Assembly (NCBI GenBank): GCA_951406725.2
Contig: OX597839.1
Coordinates: 12,276,001 to 12,340,000 of the forward strand
Length of the DNA: 64,000 bases
DNA from: Octopus vulgaris
Lineage: Eukaryota
Direction: 5' to 3'
The translations under genes were made by a program, and so were the position numbers. Shown piece by piece: positions 1 to 12,565 of this stretch. The notes beneath the pieces are model-generated. The model had not been told where the DNA came from. It made no database searches and saw only the letters and a list, made by a program, of their open reading frames with translations. Position 1 is the stretch's first letter. The number at the start of each line of letters is the position of its first letter.

Positions 1-273
1 ATTTTTTTGAGAGTTAAAAAGGTGGAGTTGCGTCCCCTAGACAGTCTGTGGTTTGTGTTTCTGATTCTCGACCCCATGTCGAATTTATCAAATTTTTTCA
101 GAACTGGGGGAACTTTTCAAAATTTTCGCTGCGTTAGTTTTGAATTATGACATTGGGCTATGTGTGTGTCAAGTTTCATCAGAATCGGTTGAAAGCCGTG
201 GTCAGGGTGAGGGTACAACCTAACAGACATACAGACACACACACAGACAAACTGCCGTTTATATAGAGAGAGA
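1..273 (-). mobile_element. Non-autonomous Helitron, family H1, 5' part (runs off window start)
   Basis: Nearly identical to about 29045-29316. Minus strand begins A|TCTCTCTCTATATAAACGGCAGTTTGTCTGTG (TC start, then GTCT/GT microsatellite). Sits at the internal (TA)n position of a family A SINE. Confidence 0.8.
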
Positions 274-443
274 TATACGACGGGCTTCTTTCAGTTTCCA
301 TCTACCAAATCCACTCACATGGCTTTGGTCGGCCCGAGGCTATAGTAGAAGATACTTGCTCAAGGTGTCACGCATTGGGACTGAACTCGGAACCATGTAG
401 TTGCGAAGAAAGCTTCTTGCCACACAGCCACGCCTGCGCCTAT
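274..443 (-). mobile_element. SINE family A, head half
   Basis: Reverse complement of the family A head (GGCGCAGGCGTGGCTGTGTGG...GAGTTCAGTCCC...CCTTGAGCAAGT) seen full length at 1984 and 33776. Confidence 0.9.
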
Positions 444-599
444 GCATAAATTTTAACAACAAAATCTTATATGTGCCCCCAAGGGTCATATGGCGTCTAC
501 AACTCCAAATCGTCATCTACATGTATTTTAATTTTCAATTTCTTTGGTCGAAGGTCTGTTTGCTCGAGGTTAACTTGGGTTTAAATAATTCTTTCCATT

Positions 600-1125
600 A
601 TGTGCACAGGGCCTGAAAATTGGTAGAAAAGGGATAGTTGATTACTCTGACTCATGTGTTCAGTTGGGACATAATTCATCGATCCCCGAAAGGATAAAAG
701 GTAAAGTTAACCTCGATGGGATTTGAACTCAGAACGTTGTGAGTTAGAAGAAATATCCTTTCTAATATAGACACAAAGCCTGAAATTTTGAGGGAGGGGT
801 TAAGTCGATTACATCGATCCCAGTACTCCACTGGCACTTAATTAATCAACCACGAAAGGGATGACAAGCAAAGTCGACCTCAGCGGAATTTGAACTCAGA
901 ACGTAAAGACAGACGAAATGCCGCTAAGCATTTTACCCGACGTGCTAACGATTCTGCCAGCTCGCCGCCTTTCCTCGCTAATTTAGAAGAATTTCGTCCA
1001 TCTTTACGTTCTGAGTTCAAATTCCGCTGAGGTCAACTTTGCCTTTCGTCCTTCCAGGGTCGATAAATTAAGTACTAGTGAAACATCGTCTGCTGTCCTT
1101 CACTGGTACTTATTTTATCGACCAT
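600..1125. mobile_element. Cluster of SINE family B copies (minus about 600-750 and 755-970; plus fragment about 990-1085)
   Basis: Repeated GAATTTGAACTCAGAACG / CGTTCTGAGTTCAAATTC B-box segment and GCCTTTC(A/G)TCCTT...GGGTCGATAAATTAAGTAC body. Confidence 0.85.
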
Positions 1126-1949
1126 GGCGGTATGATTATTATTGTTATTGTTACTACTTTTTTTTCATCAACCGCCCTTGTGACAGAAAATAAAATTGAT
1201 AATATCTAATATTATTACTATATTTTTTGTTTGTTTATTGCCTTTTACATCGATATAGCTTTGCTTTGTTTGGTTTGGTTTGGCTATTATATTTTTATGT
1301 GATAGCGCATGTATATATATATATATATATATATATATTCGTCTATTGAATACTTATTTCATTATTTTTGTTTTTCGTGATGCGGATAATAGACTTGCAA
1401 TGGTGAAGGAGAGAGAGAAGATAGTCCGTTGCCGACAAACTGTGACAATTATATTTAACTAAAGCCGAAATTACGCGAGTATCCGGCGTTAACGTTGTGA
1501 AACTTCACTTTGAATGATTCTCAACGGGGGAGCCCAGCTGACTTGGCTACTGAGATGATGGGAAGTTGGAAGTTGTTACGCACTAGCTTAGTCAACTGGA
1601 AGATGCGAAACTAACCAGCAAAATAAACAGCTAGCTGCTTCAAGCTAGCTATTATATGGCATATTTGTCACACGGTGATTCTGGTTTATATAACCGTGTA
1701 ACGTATTTATTTATTGTCTCTTTTTTATCTGTTTCTCTCTGTCTCTTTCTCTCGCTCTCTATTTATCTATCTATATCTGTATCTCTGTCTCTATCTACCT
1801 CTGCTTCTACATTGCATGATTGTTTCAGGAAAGCTGAATATACATACATACATGCGCATGTTTGAGAGTGTGTTGTGTATATATGGTTGTGTATATATAT
1901 ATATTATTATTATCTATAGCTATCTATCTATCTTCTCTCTCTCTCTCTC

Positions 1950-1983
<34 letters not shown>

Positions 1984-1984
<1 letters not shown>

Positions 1985-2385
1985 GCGTAGGAGTGGCTGT
2001 GTGGTAAGTAGCTTGCTTACGAACCACATGGTTCTGGGTTCAGTACCACTGCGTGGCATCTTGGGCAAGTGTCTTTACTATAGCCTCGGGCCGACCAAAG
2101 CCTTGTGAGTGGATTTGGTAGACGGAAACTGAAAGAAGTCCGTCGTATATATATATATGTGTATGTTTGTGTGTTGTGTTTGTCCCCCCACACCCAACAT
2201 CGCTTGACAACCGATGCTGGTGTGTTTACGTCTCCGTACCTTAGCGGTTCGGCAAAAGAGACCGATAGAATAAGTACTAGGCTTACAAAGAATAAGTCCT
2301 GGGGTCGATTTCCTCGACTAAAGGCGGTGCTCCAGCATGGCCACAATCAAATGACTGAAACAAGTAAATGAATAAATGAGTAAAA
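1984..2385 (+). mobile_element. SINE family A, full length (tRNA-derived head, CORE-like segment, internal TA/TG microsatellite)
   Basis: A-box-like TGGCTGTGTGG, B-box-like GGTTCAGTACC, CORE-like CTTGGGCAAGTG, microsatellite 2146-2180, 3' end CAAATGACTGAAACAAGTAAA. More than ten related copies or fragments in the window. Confidence 0.92.
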
Positions 2386-2499
2386 TATATTGTGGTCCAT
2401 TTTAAATGTTGATTAACTAGGCCGTCGCAGAGGCTGTCCGTTGGTTGTGTAGTTGGTTTGTATTGTGTGTGTGTTTGACAGTTGTGTTGACAAACTGAG

Positions 2500-3310
2500 A
2501 GTAGATTTTTGACTGGATAAATAGTCACATTACATAGATGTTGACTAGATTGTCACACTGTGTAGCTGTTCACTGGATAATTAGATATAGCCTATTCTTA
2601 TGCTAACCGAATAAAAAGACAGTGTGAAGATGTTGACAGGGATAGACAGACATAGTATATAGGGGTCGATTGGATAAATAGAAACTGTATAGTTGTAGGC
2701 AAGATAAATACACATTCTACATATTGACTAGATGGATAATGACGGTGTGTAGATATTGATTGGATAAATGGACACATTGTTTTGTGGAAGCACATGGCCA
2801 AGTGGTTAGAGCAGCGGACTCGCGGTCGAAGGACCGCGGGTTCGAATCTCAGATCGGGCGATGTGTGTGTTTATGAGCAAAAACACCTAAGCTCCACGCG
2901 GCTCCGGCAGAAGGTAATGGCAAACTTCTGCTGACTCTTTCGCCACAACTTTCTCTCACTCTTTCCTCTTGCATCTTGCAGCTCACCTGCGACGGACCGG
3001 CGACCCGTCCAGGTGGGGAACCTATACGCCGAGGAAACCGGGAAACCGGCCCTTATGAGCCAGGCATGGCTCGAGAAGGAACAAACAACAACACAGTGTG
3101 TTGATGTAGATTGCATAGATTATCACAGCGTGTGGATGTTGACTGGATATGCAAACACAGTGCGTAGATGTTGACTGGATAAATTGACATAGGATGTAGA
3201 TGTTGATTGGCTAGATAAACACAGTGTATATATTTTGACTGGATAGACAGACATAGTGTGTAAATTTGGTCTGGATAGACACAATGTGTAGATGTTCGCT
3301 GGATATAGCC
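2500..3310 (+). repeat. Degenerate 28-32 bp minisatellite, interrupted by a SINE
   Basis: Recurring unit TAGATGTTGACTGGATAAATAGACACAGTGTG at about 2500-2785 and 3093-3310. Confidence 0.75.
2786..3092 (+). mobile_element. SINE family C (tRNA-derived), tail type 1
   Basis: A box TGGCCAAGTGG, B box GGTTCGAATC. Head and body shared with 6702-7080 and 36728-37033. Ends in (AAC)n. Confidence 0.88.
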
Positions 3311-3425
3311 ATCTACAAATTGCAATTTGCCTGTGCACTCAACATTACTTTCAGTATCTGTGCATCTAGTGTCAATATCTACACCTTTTACAGTTCTATA
3401 TTTAAGAGATGAGGAATTATGTACA

Positions 3426-3815
3426 CTAGCAATATCGCCCGTCGTTACGCGGGTTTGTTTCGACCCTTTAGAATTGGAATTTTTGAAAAGTAAAAATTTT
3501 GCATTTAGCTTGTTATTCTCTTTAAGTGAACATTTTTCTGGTTGAAATACATTGAAAAATGGCGACACAGCAGTCAAAAAATCGTAAAAAATAGGGATTT
3601 TCATAGAAAAAAAGCACCTTTTTGATGTAAATAAATTTTGGTGTTCACATGGTCCGATTTGAATTTTTTTCTTCTAAGGAAGGAGGAGCAAGCCTTCTTC
3701 TATCATACTCTCAATTTTGGTCGGCTTGCGTCGCAGGGTCTTGGAGGAGATAGTGTTAGTTGAAGGCTGCCAAACCTGCCATACACAGACAACTTCAGCT
3801 TTATATAGAGAGAGA
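3426..3815 (-). mobile_element. Non-autonomous Helitron, family H2, complete
   Basis: Minus strand: 5' TC, subterminal hairpin CCCGCGTAACGACGGG, 3' CTAG; lies between A and T with no TSD. Termini resemble H1, interior differs. Confidence 0.82.
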
Positions 3816-4159
3816 TTATTTACATTCGACGGTCAAGCTGAAATACATCTGACTATAGATGAATAGTACTAAGTAACAACAAGGAAGAACTCATTACGTA
3901 ATGTGGTCCTAGATGCACTGTTTCGATAAAAACAGGATTATCAAGCCTTGAAACACCGTCATTTATAGGTTTAATAGATCTTGGCTGACGTGGGACTAGA
4001 AAACTACGACAGTGAAAGATGCATGAGAGAGTGAGGCGCATCACGTCTGACTAAAACACTCTGATACACAGAATAAGAATGGAAGCCAGGATGGTCGTAT
4101 TTGGAACACCTTTGTTCACAAGTATGCCAAATACTGAGAAGGGGAACATAGAGCAGAGA

Positions 4160-4645
4160 AAGGCATGGCTACGAGGTAAGAAGTTTGGTTCCCAACTGCA
4201 TGACTCCGGGTTCAGTCGCACTGTGTGGCACCTTGGGCAAGTGTCTTCTACTATGACCTCAAGTCGACCAAAGACCAAAGTTCTGTGAGTGGATTTGGTA
4301 GACGGTAACTGAAAGAAGCCCGTCGCATATGTATGTATGTTATATACGTACATGCATGCGTGTATACATACATACATATATGTGAGCGTGTGTATGTATG
4401 TATGTATGTATGTATGTATGTATGTATGTCTATATGTGTATGTATGTCTTTGTGTTTGTCCCTCAGCAGTGCTTGACAACTTGTATTGGTTTGTTTATGT
4501 CCCTGTAACTTAGCGGTTCAGTCTCAGTGCCAATAGAAAAAGTGCCAGGCTTCAAAAAAAAGTACTGGGATCAGTTCATTCGACTAAAGCCCTACAAGGT
4601 GATGCCCCAACATGGGCGTAATCCAATGACTGAAACAAACAAAAT
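4160..4645 (+). mobile_element. SINE family A, older diverged copy
   Basis: Head, CCTTGGGCAAGTGTCTTC, expanded (GTAT)n interior, ATGACTGAAACAA end. Confidence 0.85.
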
Positions 4646-4694
4646 ATATTTTAAAAAAAGAGTGAGAGCGAGAAAGAGAGGAGTGAGAGTGCAA

Positions 4695-4731
<37 letters not shown>

Positions 4732-5209
4732 GGATAGAGAGAGACGATAGGCGCTACGGAGACAAAGAGAGAAGTATGAAGGGGGAGATAATAAGAGAGA
4801 GGGGGAGTAAGGGCGTGGAGAGAGAAGGAGTGCAAAGAGAAGGTTTAGACAGACTCAGCAGACGACGTTCTACCTCACGTGATCAACTGCTAGCAGCAGA
4901 CATCACGTCACGTTAGCAATAAACAAGAGAAACAGGCAAAGCTTACATTGTTTGTCACCGGTGTTTTTAATGGTACGTCACGGCTGTAATATCATGTTGA
5001 TGTTTGTAAAAGTATGAAGAATATACTTAGAGGAAATATTAAGAAATTAGACGAAAATAGTGTTGACAGGGATGTGCAAGAATTCGCATTAAATCGAGTT
5101 AAATTAAGTTAAATTGATGGTTAGGGAGGGATTAAATGACAATAAACAAACACAGACACAGTTTTATGTGTGTGTATTTGTGTGTGCACGTAAGTGCGTG
5201 TAAGTATGT

Positions 5210-5500
<291 letters not shown>

Positions 5501-5732
5501 ATATATATGTATGCATGTATACATGAGCGCCAGATAGTCTGTTGAATTTAATTGAAGGTTATCCGAGAGTTGAATGATTTTTCGCAAAAACACGCACGCA
5601 CACATATACACACGCACACACACACATACAAGTACATGCACACAACACGCATCATATGATATATGTTTGTGTGTATAAGTGTACTTACGAATATGCATCT
5701 ATATACGCGTTTACGAATATGTATATATACAC

Positions 5733-5768
<36 letters not shown>

Positions 5769-6239
5769 ATGGATGTATCTCTCTATCTCTATATATGTCT
5801 ATACATACACATACATCTAAATACATATACACACACTTACATACACGCACACCTACACGCGCACATACACACACGCAGGCGTCAAAATGTCTGAAATAAT
5901 ATGTAACAGAGTCTTCATATTTGAGAAGTGTTTCGTGAGAAATATCTTTCCGAAAGTCTTTTAGTATCAATATACCATTATTGGTGTGGTGATATTGTTC
6001 TCTTCCCACTTCTCCTCTCTCCTCCCTCCTCCCCTCTCTCTGCTTATTTTTCTGTTGAGCTCCCTTATCTTTCTGTCTACCTGTTTGTTTGTCTTTGTCT
6101 ATATCCCTGTCTGTCTGTCTGTTTGTCTCTCTCTCGAGCTACAATGAAAATCAGGAATGATGATGATGATGACGATGGAAGAAAAACTGAAATATAGAAA
6201 GAAAAATAAGGAGATAGAGGAGGAAGAGGAAGAGGAGGG

Positions 6240-6308
6240 AAGAAGAAGAAGAAGAAGAAGAAGAAGAAGAAGAAGAAGAAGAAGAAGAAGAAGAAGAAGA
6301 AGAAGAAG

Positions 6309-6338
<30 letters not shown>
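6240..6338 (+). repeat. (GAA)n microsatellite
   Basis: Direct reading, about 33 units. Confidence 0.97.
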
Positions 6339-6341
<3 letters not shown>

Positions 6342-6457
6342 TAGTAGTAGTAGTAGTTCCCAACCACCATGCTGCATCCTATGGTTTCAATGTGTCCTGG
6401 CTCGGGTGGCTATATACTTTTTAACCCATAGTTAGGGCCCTGACAGCTAATAATACT

Positions 6458-6690
6458 CATGGCCGGTTTTAAGCCAATTAAACAGATTTGTTCAAATTGG
6501 GCCCCGCGTCAAGAGAAGGCACCGTACACACGCACGAAGAAAGGACGCTATGATGAAATTTTAGCATATCAAGCTCTCAACGGTTTTTGGCTGGGATTCG
6601 CCTACTACAGAAGTATAAAACATCAGTCTTCAGCTTTTGTCGAGTAGAGGGCCCCACTGACAGTTCTCTAATTGGGCCCCGCACTTCCCA
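6458..6690. mobile_element. Probable hAT-type non-autonomous element relic
   Basis: CATGGCCGGTTTTAAG start and repeated AATTGGGCCCCGC subterminal motif (near 6496 and 6670). Right TIR and TSD not found. Confidence 0.4.
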
Positions 6691-6701
6691 TTGTCGGCAT
6701 C

Positions 6702-7080
6702 GTGGCACTCCGTCGGTTACGACGACGAGTGTTCCAGTTGATCCGATCAACGGAACAACCTGCTCGTGAAATTAACGTACAAGTCTCTGAGCACTCCACA
6801 GACACGTGTACCCTTAACGTAGTTCTCAGGAAGATACAGTATGACACAAAGTGTGACAAGGCTGGCCTTTGAAATACAGGTACAACAGAAATAGGAAGTA
6901 AGAGTGAAAGAAAGTTGTGGTGAAAGAGTACAGCAGGGTTCGCTACCACCCACTGCCGGAGCCTCGTGTTTCTTTAGGTGTTTTCGCTCAATAAACACCC
7001 ACAACGCCCGGTCTGAGAATCGAAACCGCTATCCTACGACCACGTGTCCGCTGCCCTAACCACTGGGCCATTGCACCTCC
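6702..7080 (-). mobile_element. SINE family C, tail type 2
   Basis: Minus-strand TGGCCCAGTGGTTAGGGCAGCGGAC...GTTTCGATTCTC head, shared body, distinct 3' tail also present at 12327-12462. Confidence 0.88.
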
Positions 7081-7799
7081 ACAGTGCCGGCACAGACCTG
7101 GGGACAATAGTGGCTAAGGAGCGACTCCACACGGCTCGAAAATCCAGAGATCCTAAACCTGGTCCCTCCGACCGGATGCAGTTTAAAATATGCCCAGAAT
7201 ACTTAATTCTTAATTAGTACTTATATTCACTGTTCTATTGTCAAACTACGGGACGAAATTAAGAGGCTTAAAGCTAAGTTTTTGCATAACCGTAGATTTA
7301 ATGTTTGGTTTTTCTTAATTAAGATTTTTTATACTAGCGATCATTCATTGTCTAATTAACTCAATTGGGGTGTGAATGTGTGGATGTTTGTATGTTCTCT
7401 TCTGCTTTAAATTACCTAAATTCTTTCTCCGAGTGAAAAGCTGGTTTCTAACAAAGATACAAAGCTCCATCATTGGAATGTTGATAAAAATTATCTCTCG
7501 TTTTAAACTTGAGGAAAAGTCTTGCACATTTTAACTGTTCCACTTACAGATCGTATTTGTACATCTTCTTAGATAGCATATTGATGCTGTAGCGCTGTTT
7601 TCGTCGGTGATGATGTTATTAATTTCAGCCATGATCGTGTTAGTGAGAATCCATATAGTTTAAGGTATGTTGATAGGATCCGGTCTGAATAACGCTGTAT
7701 TATTAAGTAAAAGCTTACTGACTTCGGATAGAGAAGTAGGCATAAACGGAGAAGAAAGCGTTTAAACGGTCCTGCACGCCTGACGTTGACGACGCCATT

Positions 7800-7801
<2 letters not shown>

Positions 7802-7878
<77 letters not shown>

Positions 7879-7902
7879 CGCGCGCGTGTGTGTGTATGTA
7901 TG

Positions 7903-7935
<33 letters not shown>

Positions 7936-8680
7936 GTATGTATATATATGTTGTATGTATATATGTAAGTATGTATGTATGTATGCATATATGTATGTAT
8001 GTATGCATATATGTATGTATGTATGCATATATGTATGTATGTATGTATGTACGTGCGTGTGCGTGCATGCACGTATGTATGCATATATGTATGTATGTAC
8101 GGATGTATGTATATATGTATATATGCATGAATGCATGGATGCATGTATGTTTATATATGTATGCATACATGCATATTTGTATGTATATATGCATGTATGT
8201 ATGAACGTATATATCTAAGCATGTATGTATGAACGTATATATCTATGTATATATGTATGTATGAACGTATCTATTTATGTATATATGTATGCATGTATGA
8301 ACGTATGTATGTATGTATATATGTATGTATGCATGTATGTAATCATGTATGTATGTTTGAACATATATATGTATATATGTATGTATGAACGCATGCATGA
8401 TGTACGCATGTATGTATATAAGTATGTATACATGCATGTATGTATGCATATATGTATATATGCATGAATGAACATATGTATGTATGAACGTATGTATGTA
8501 TGTATATATGTATGCATGAATGCATGTATGTATGCATGTATGCATGCATGCATGTACGTATGCATGCATGTCTGTAAGCGTGCATGCTTGCATGCATGTA
8601 TACATGTATGTATGTGTGAGTGTATGTATGTATGTATGTATGTATGTAAGTATGGATGCGTGCATGTATGCATATATGTA
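7802..8680. repeat. (TG)n followed by compound (GTAT)n/(GCAT)n simple repeat
   Basis: Direct reading. Confidence 0.95.
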
Positions 8681-9024
8681 CGTTTAATGAAACACACTCA
8701 TCAGACTATTAAGAAATGAGAATTTCGATTTTGAAATGGGAATAAAAAACAAAAACAACGGAATCATAATGATGACGATGACCACGATCACGATGTTTTC
8801 GTTGTTGTTGACGACAACGACGACGACGGCGATAATGATAGTGATGATGATGATGATTTCGTGAACGAGAGGGTACCGGAAATAAATAAATAAATAAATC
8901 ATTAAAAATATCCGAAATCAATAAATTTATAAAACTACAAATGAATATTGATAAATTTATAAATAAATACACACATATACATGTACGTACACATATATCC
9001 ATTAATACATATATAAATATTTAC

Positions 9025-9070
<46 letters not shown>

Positions 9071-9665
9071 TTACAATACACGTGTGTGTGCGTATGTGTA
9101 TGTGTGTGTGTGTGTGGGCGCGTGCGTCTGTGTGCATTAAAAGAAAACGAAACAACTAAGAAGAACAACTAAGCCTCCATTTTTGTTGAAGTTATTATAT
9201 TTTGACATGTTCAGTGAAAACTTAATCGAATTTCGAAGAGATCGAAATTAAGGTTATCTCTTGCTCAAAGACAGTTCAAAGGAAATTGTCCGCATTCTTC
9301 GCCATATTTTAGTGAGCTGCCTCTCTCTCTTCCTCTACCCCGACCTCCTCTTTCGCGCTCTCTCTCTCTCCCTCACTCTGCATCTTTCTCTTTGTGTCTA
9401 CAGGGAAGTCCTTTGTTTCTGACTATTTTATGAAACCATTTCTCCGACAAATTATTAAATATTATTATTATTGTTATTATTATTATTATTGTTGTTGTTG
9501 TTGTTTTTCCTCCTCCTCCTCCTCCTCTTCTCCATCGTCATTATGAACATATTGTTATTGCTGTTAATACCATTGTTGATGATGATGACGACGACAACAC
9601 GACGACGATGGTGACGACGAAGATGATAATGATAATGTTAATGGTGACGGTGGTGGTGGTGGTGG

Positions 9666-9717
<52 letters not shown>

Positions 9718-10551
9718 AACTACAACACGACGACGATGGTGATGATGACGAAGATGATAATGATAATGTTGTTAATGGTGACGGTGGTGGTGGTGGTGGT
9801 GATGGTGATGATGATGATGATGATGATGACTACGACGCCGACGATAATGACGATGCCGATGGTGATGATACTGGTGATGATAGTGATAGGGATAATGACG
9901 ACGATGACGACGACAACGATCTCTTTGTTTCGTATATTTTAAGTTTTGACACCCTCTTACTCCTCTTTCTCCTGTTTCTGTCAATATTTGTCAGTGTTCA
10001 ATGGAGAATTAGATCACACATATACACACATACATACATACATACATACGCACAAACATACATACATGCACACATACATACACATACACACTTGCATTAA
10101 TACATATATTACATAATTGCTTTCTCATATTTCAATGATGAGATAGAGAATCCTACCATTAACCTACACATATACAAATTACACACACAAACTCCCCTCT
10201 CACACACACGTACACACAAACATATACATACAGAAATGTGTGTGTATATATATATATATGTATGTCTGCTTGTGCGTGTGTGCCTTTACGCACGCATTCA
10301 CACAAACGCATATGTAATATACATTATATAAACGGGCATTCATATGTAAATTGATATATATGTATTTACATATCTGTATGTATATGTATATATGTACATG
10401 CATATATATGTATATATGTATATATAATGCACACACACACATATATATATATATATACGTATGTATATGTATTTGTGTATATGTGTGTGTGTAGCTGAGA
10501 GCGTGTTCACATTTGTAGACACAAACGTAACACACATATATGTATATGTAT

Positions 10552-10609
<58 letters not shown>

Positions 10610-11291
10610 GTGTGTGTGTATGTATAAATGTACAAACTCGCATAGATACACACATGCATACTTGCTTACATACAAACACATACACATACGTTTCGTATAC
10701 AATTACAAGCAGTCGTGTATTATTGCAATCTCTCGACATTAAACATGGCCATGTATTATTCAATAGAGAGACATACGTTAGTTGATAATAATATACTGCC
10801 TCTACCTCAAACAGCACTCAATTAGAACTTAATAGAAAACGATTACCAATGAAAATATCCATTCCATCAAAATTATCACCTGTACGTGTTTCCATAGTGA
10901 TATATAGAGTTTGGCAATGTGGGAAGCTGTTAATGAGAAAGTGGTAGGGTTGGCTAGGCGGGCAGCTTAGTGAGAAAGAAGAGAGAGAGGGGAGGGAGAA
11001 AGAGTGAAAGTGGAAGAGAGACAGTGAGGTTCATAGTTGTTCGGTGTTGGTTGCGGGGTGGACTTTATATATATATACATTGGAAGTAAATGACTTTGCA
11101 TGCATGAATCATGAATCCTATCAGAAATGCCACTCTCTCCCCCCTCTCACTTTCTCCCATTCTCTCTCCCTCCCTCTTTCTCTCTTTATATGTACAAGTC
11201 TATGTATGTATATGCGTGTGTATGTTTATACATGTGTATGAGTGTGTATGTATCGATGTTTCACACATACATAGAAATACTCACAGATGTG

Positions 11292-11388
<97 letters not shown>

Positions 11389-11524
11389 TTACATTTATAT
11401 CTTTACATATATATATTTACACATCTGTGAGTATTTATATGTATATATATACACTCACATACAGATATATGTATCTCTCTCTATATATTTTATTTATATA
11501 TATATGCATACATATACATGTGTG

Positions 11525-11566
<42 letters not shown>

Positions 11567-11776
11567 TGTGGAATACATACAGGCATGCATATATATTTAT
11601 GTTGATGCATGTGTTCATATAAGTATATGAATGTGTATGTGTGTAATTCGAATGTCACTTCTAATTGAATATTTTCGTATTTATGTCTCTCTTTAAGAAG
11701 TAATAATAGCTGTAATAAAGTTATACATGCATGTACATACACGTACACACACACACACACACACACTCACGTACAG

Positions 11777-11826
<50 letters not shown>

Positions 11827-11957
11827 ATATCAAATATTACGTTACCATCCTTTCTCCTGCCTATATGACTGTTTGAAGATGAGATATAACTGGAGGCCTG
11901 CTTCTATACATACATATTCATACATGCTTATACACACACACACATATAAATCATATA

Positions 11958-12026
<69 letters not shown>

Positions 12027-12044
12027 ATGTGTGTGTGTGTGTGT

Positions 12045-12300
12045 TATTAATAATAATAAAGAGTATGGAGACTTGTACATCGAGAAAATTTATTTTATAG
12101 CTATACACAGCATACAGCATACCTACAAGTGTTTCTGTTGCAGTGACTACTCCCTGTCGCAGCTGCAGCATTGCAACATTGTCGGTACAGCTTCATCAGG
12201 TTCTGTCCATTTGGTCATTCTCTAAATGATCTAACTGATGTAAATTTTTGTTAGTGTTCGGAGGTGGTGATGAGGTATGTGCTGCTAGTGTGAATTTCAG
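12045..12300 (-). mobile_element. Penelope-like terminal repeat relic with decayed hammerhead-like motif
   Basis: Minus strand CTGATGA...TGTTGCA/TGCAACA stem-GAAAC-ACTT-GTA, then AATAAA (plus 12089-12094), abutting a microsatellite. Confidence 0.5.
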
Positions 12301-12326
12301 ATCAACAGCACATACGTATAAATAAC

Positions 12327-12565
12327 AACAGAACAGCTTGCTCACGAAATTAACGTACAACTGTCTGAGCACTCCTCAGTCACGCGAACCCTTGACGTGG
12401 TTTTCAGGCTGATTCATCGTGACACAGAACGTGAAAAGACTGGCCCTTTGAAATACAAGTACTATCATTTTTGATTGAGCTGAGGGAAGTGGAGCAACGT
12501 GAAATAAAATGTCTTGCTCAAGGACACAACGTGCCGCCGGATATCAGAATCATTACCTTACGATC
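12327..12565 (-). mobile_element. SINE family D (CORE-like body, tail type 2)
   Basis: Minus strand GTGTCCTTGAGCAAGACATTTTATTTCACGTTGCTCCAC; 3' part aligns with 6748-6884. Confidence 0.78.

Noticed and set aside
2017-2371. Recurring ORFs such as DTCPRCHAVGLNPEPCG and [23 protein letters not shown]
   Set aside because: Translations of SINE family A; recurrence reflects copy number.
2786-2862. tRNA gene (A and B boxes present)
   Set aside because: No acceptor stem or terminator; continues into a multi-copy SINE body, as at 7010-7080 and 36728-36790.
2500-3310. CRISPR-like array
   Set aside because: Head-to-tail degenerate units without unique spacers; eukaryotic context and no cas genes.
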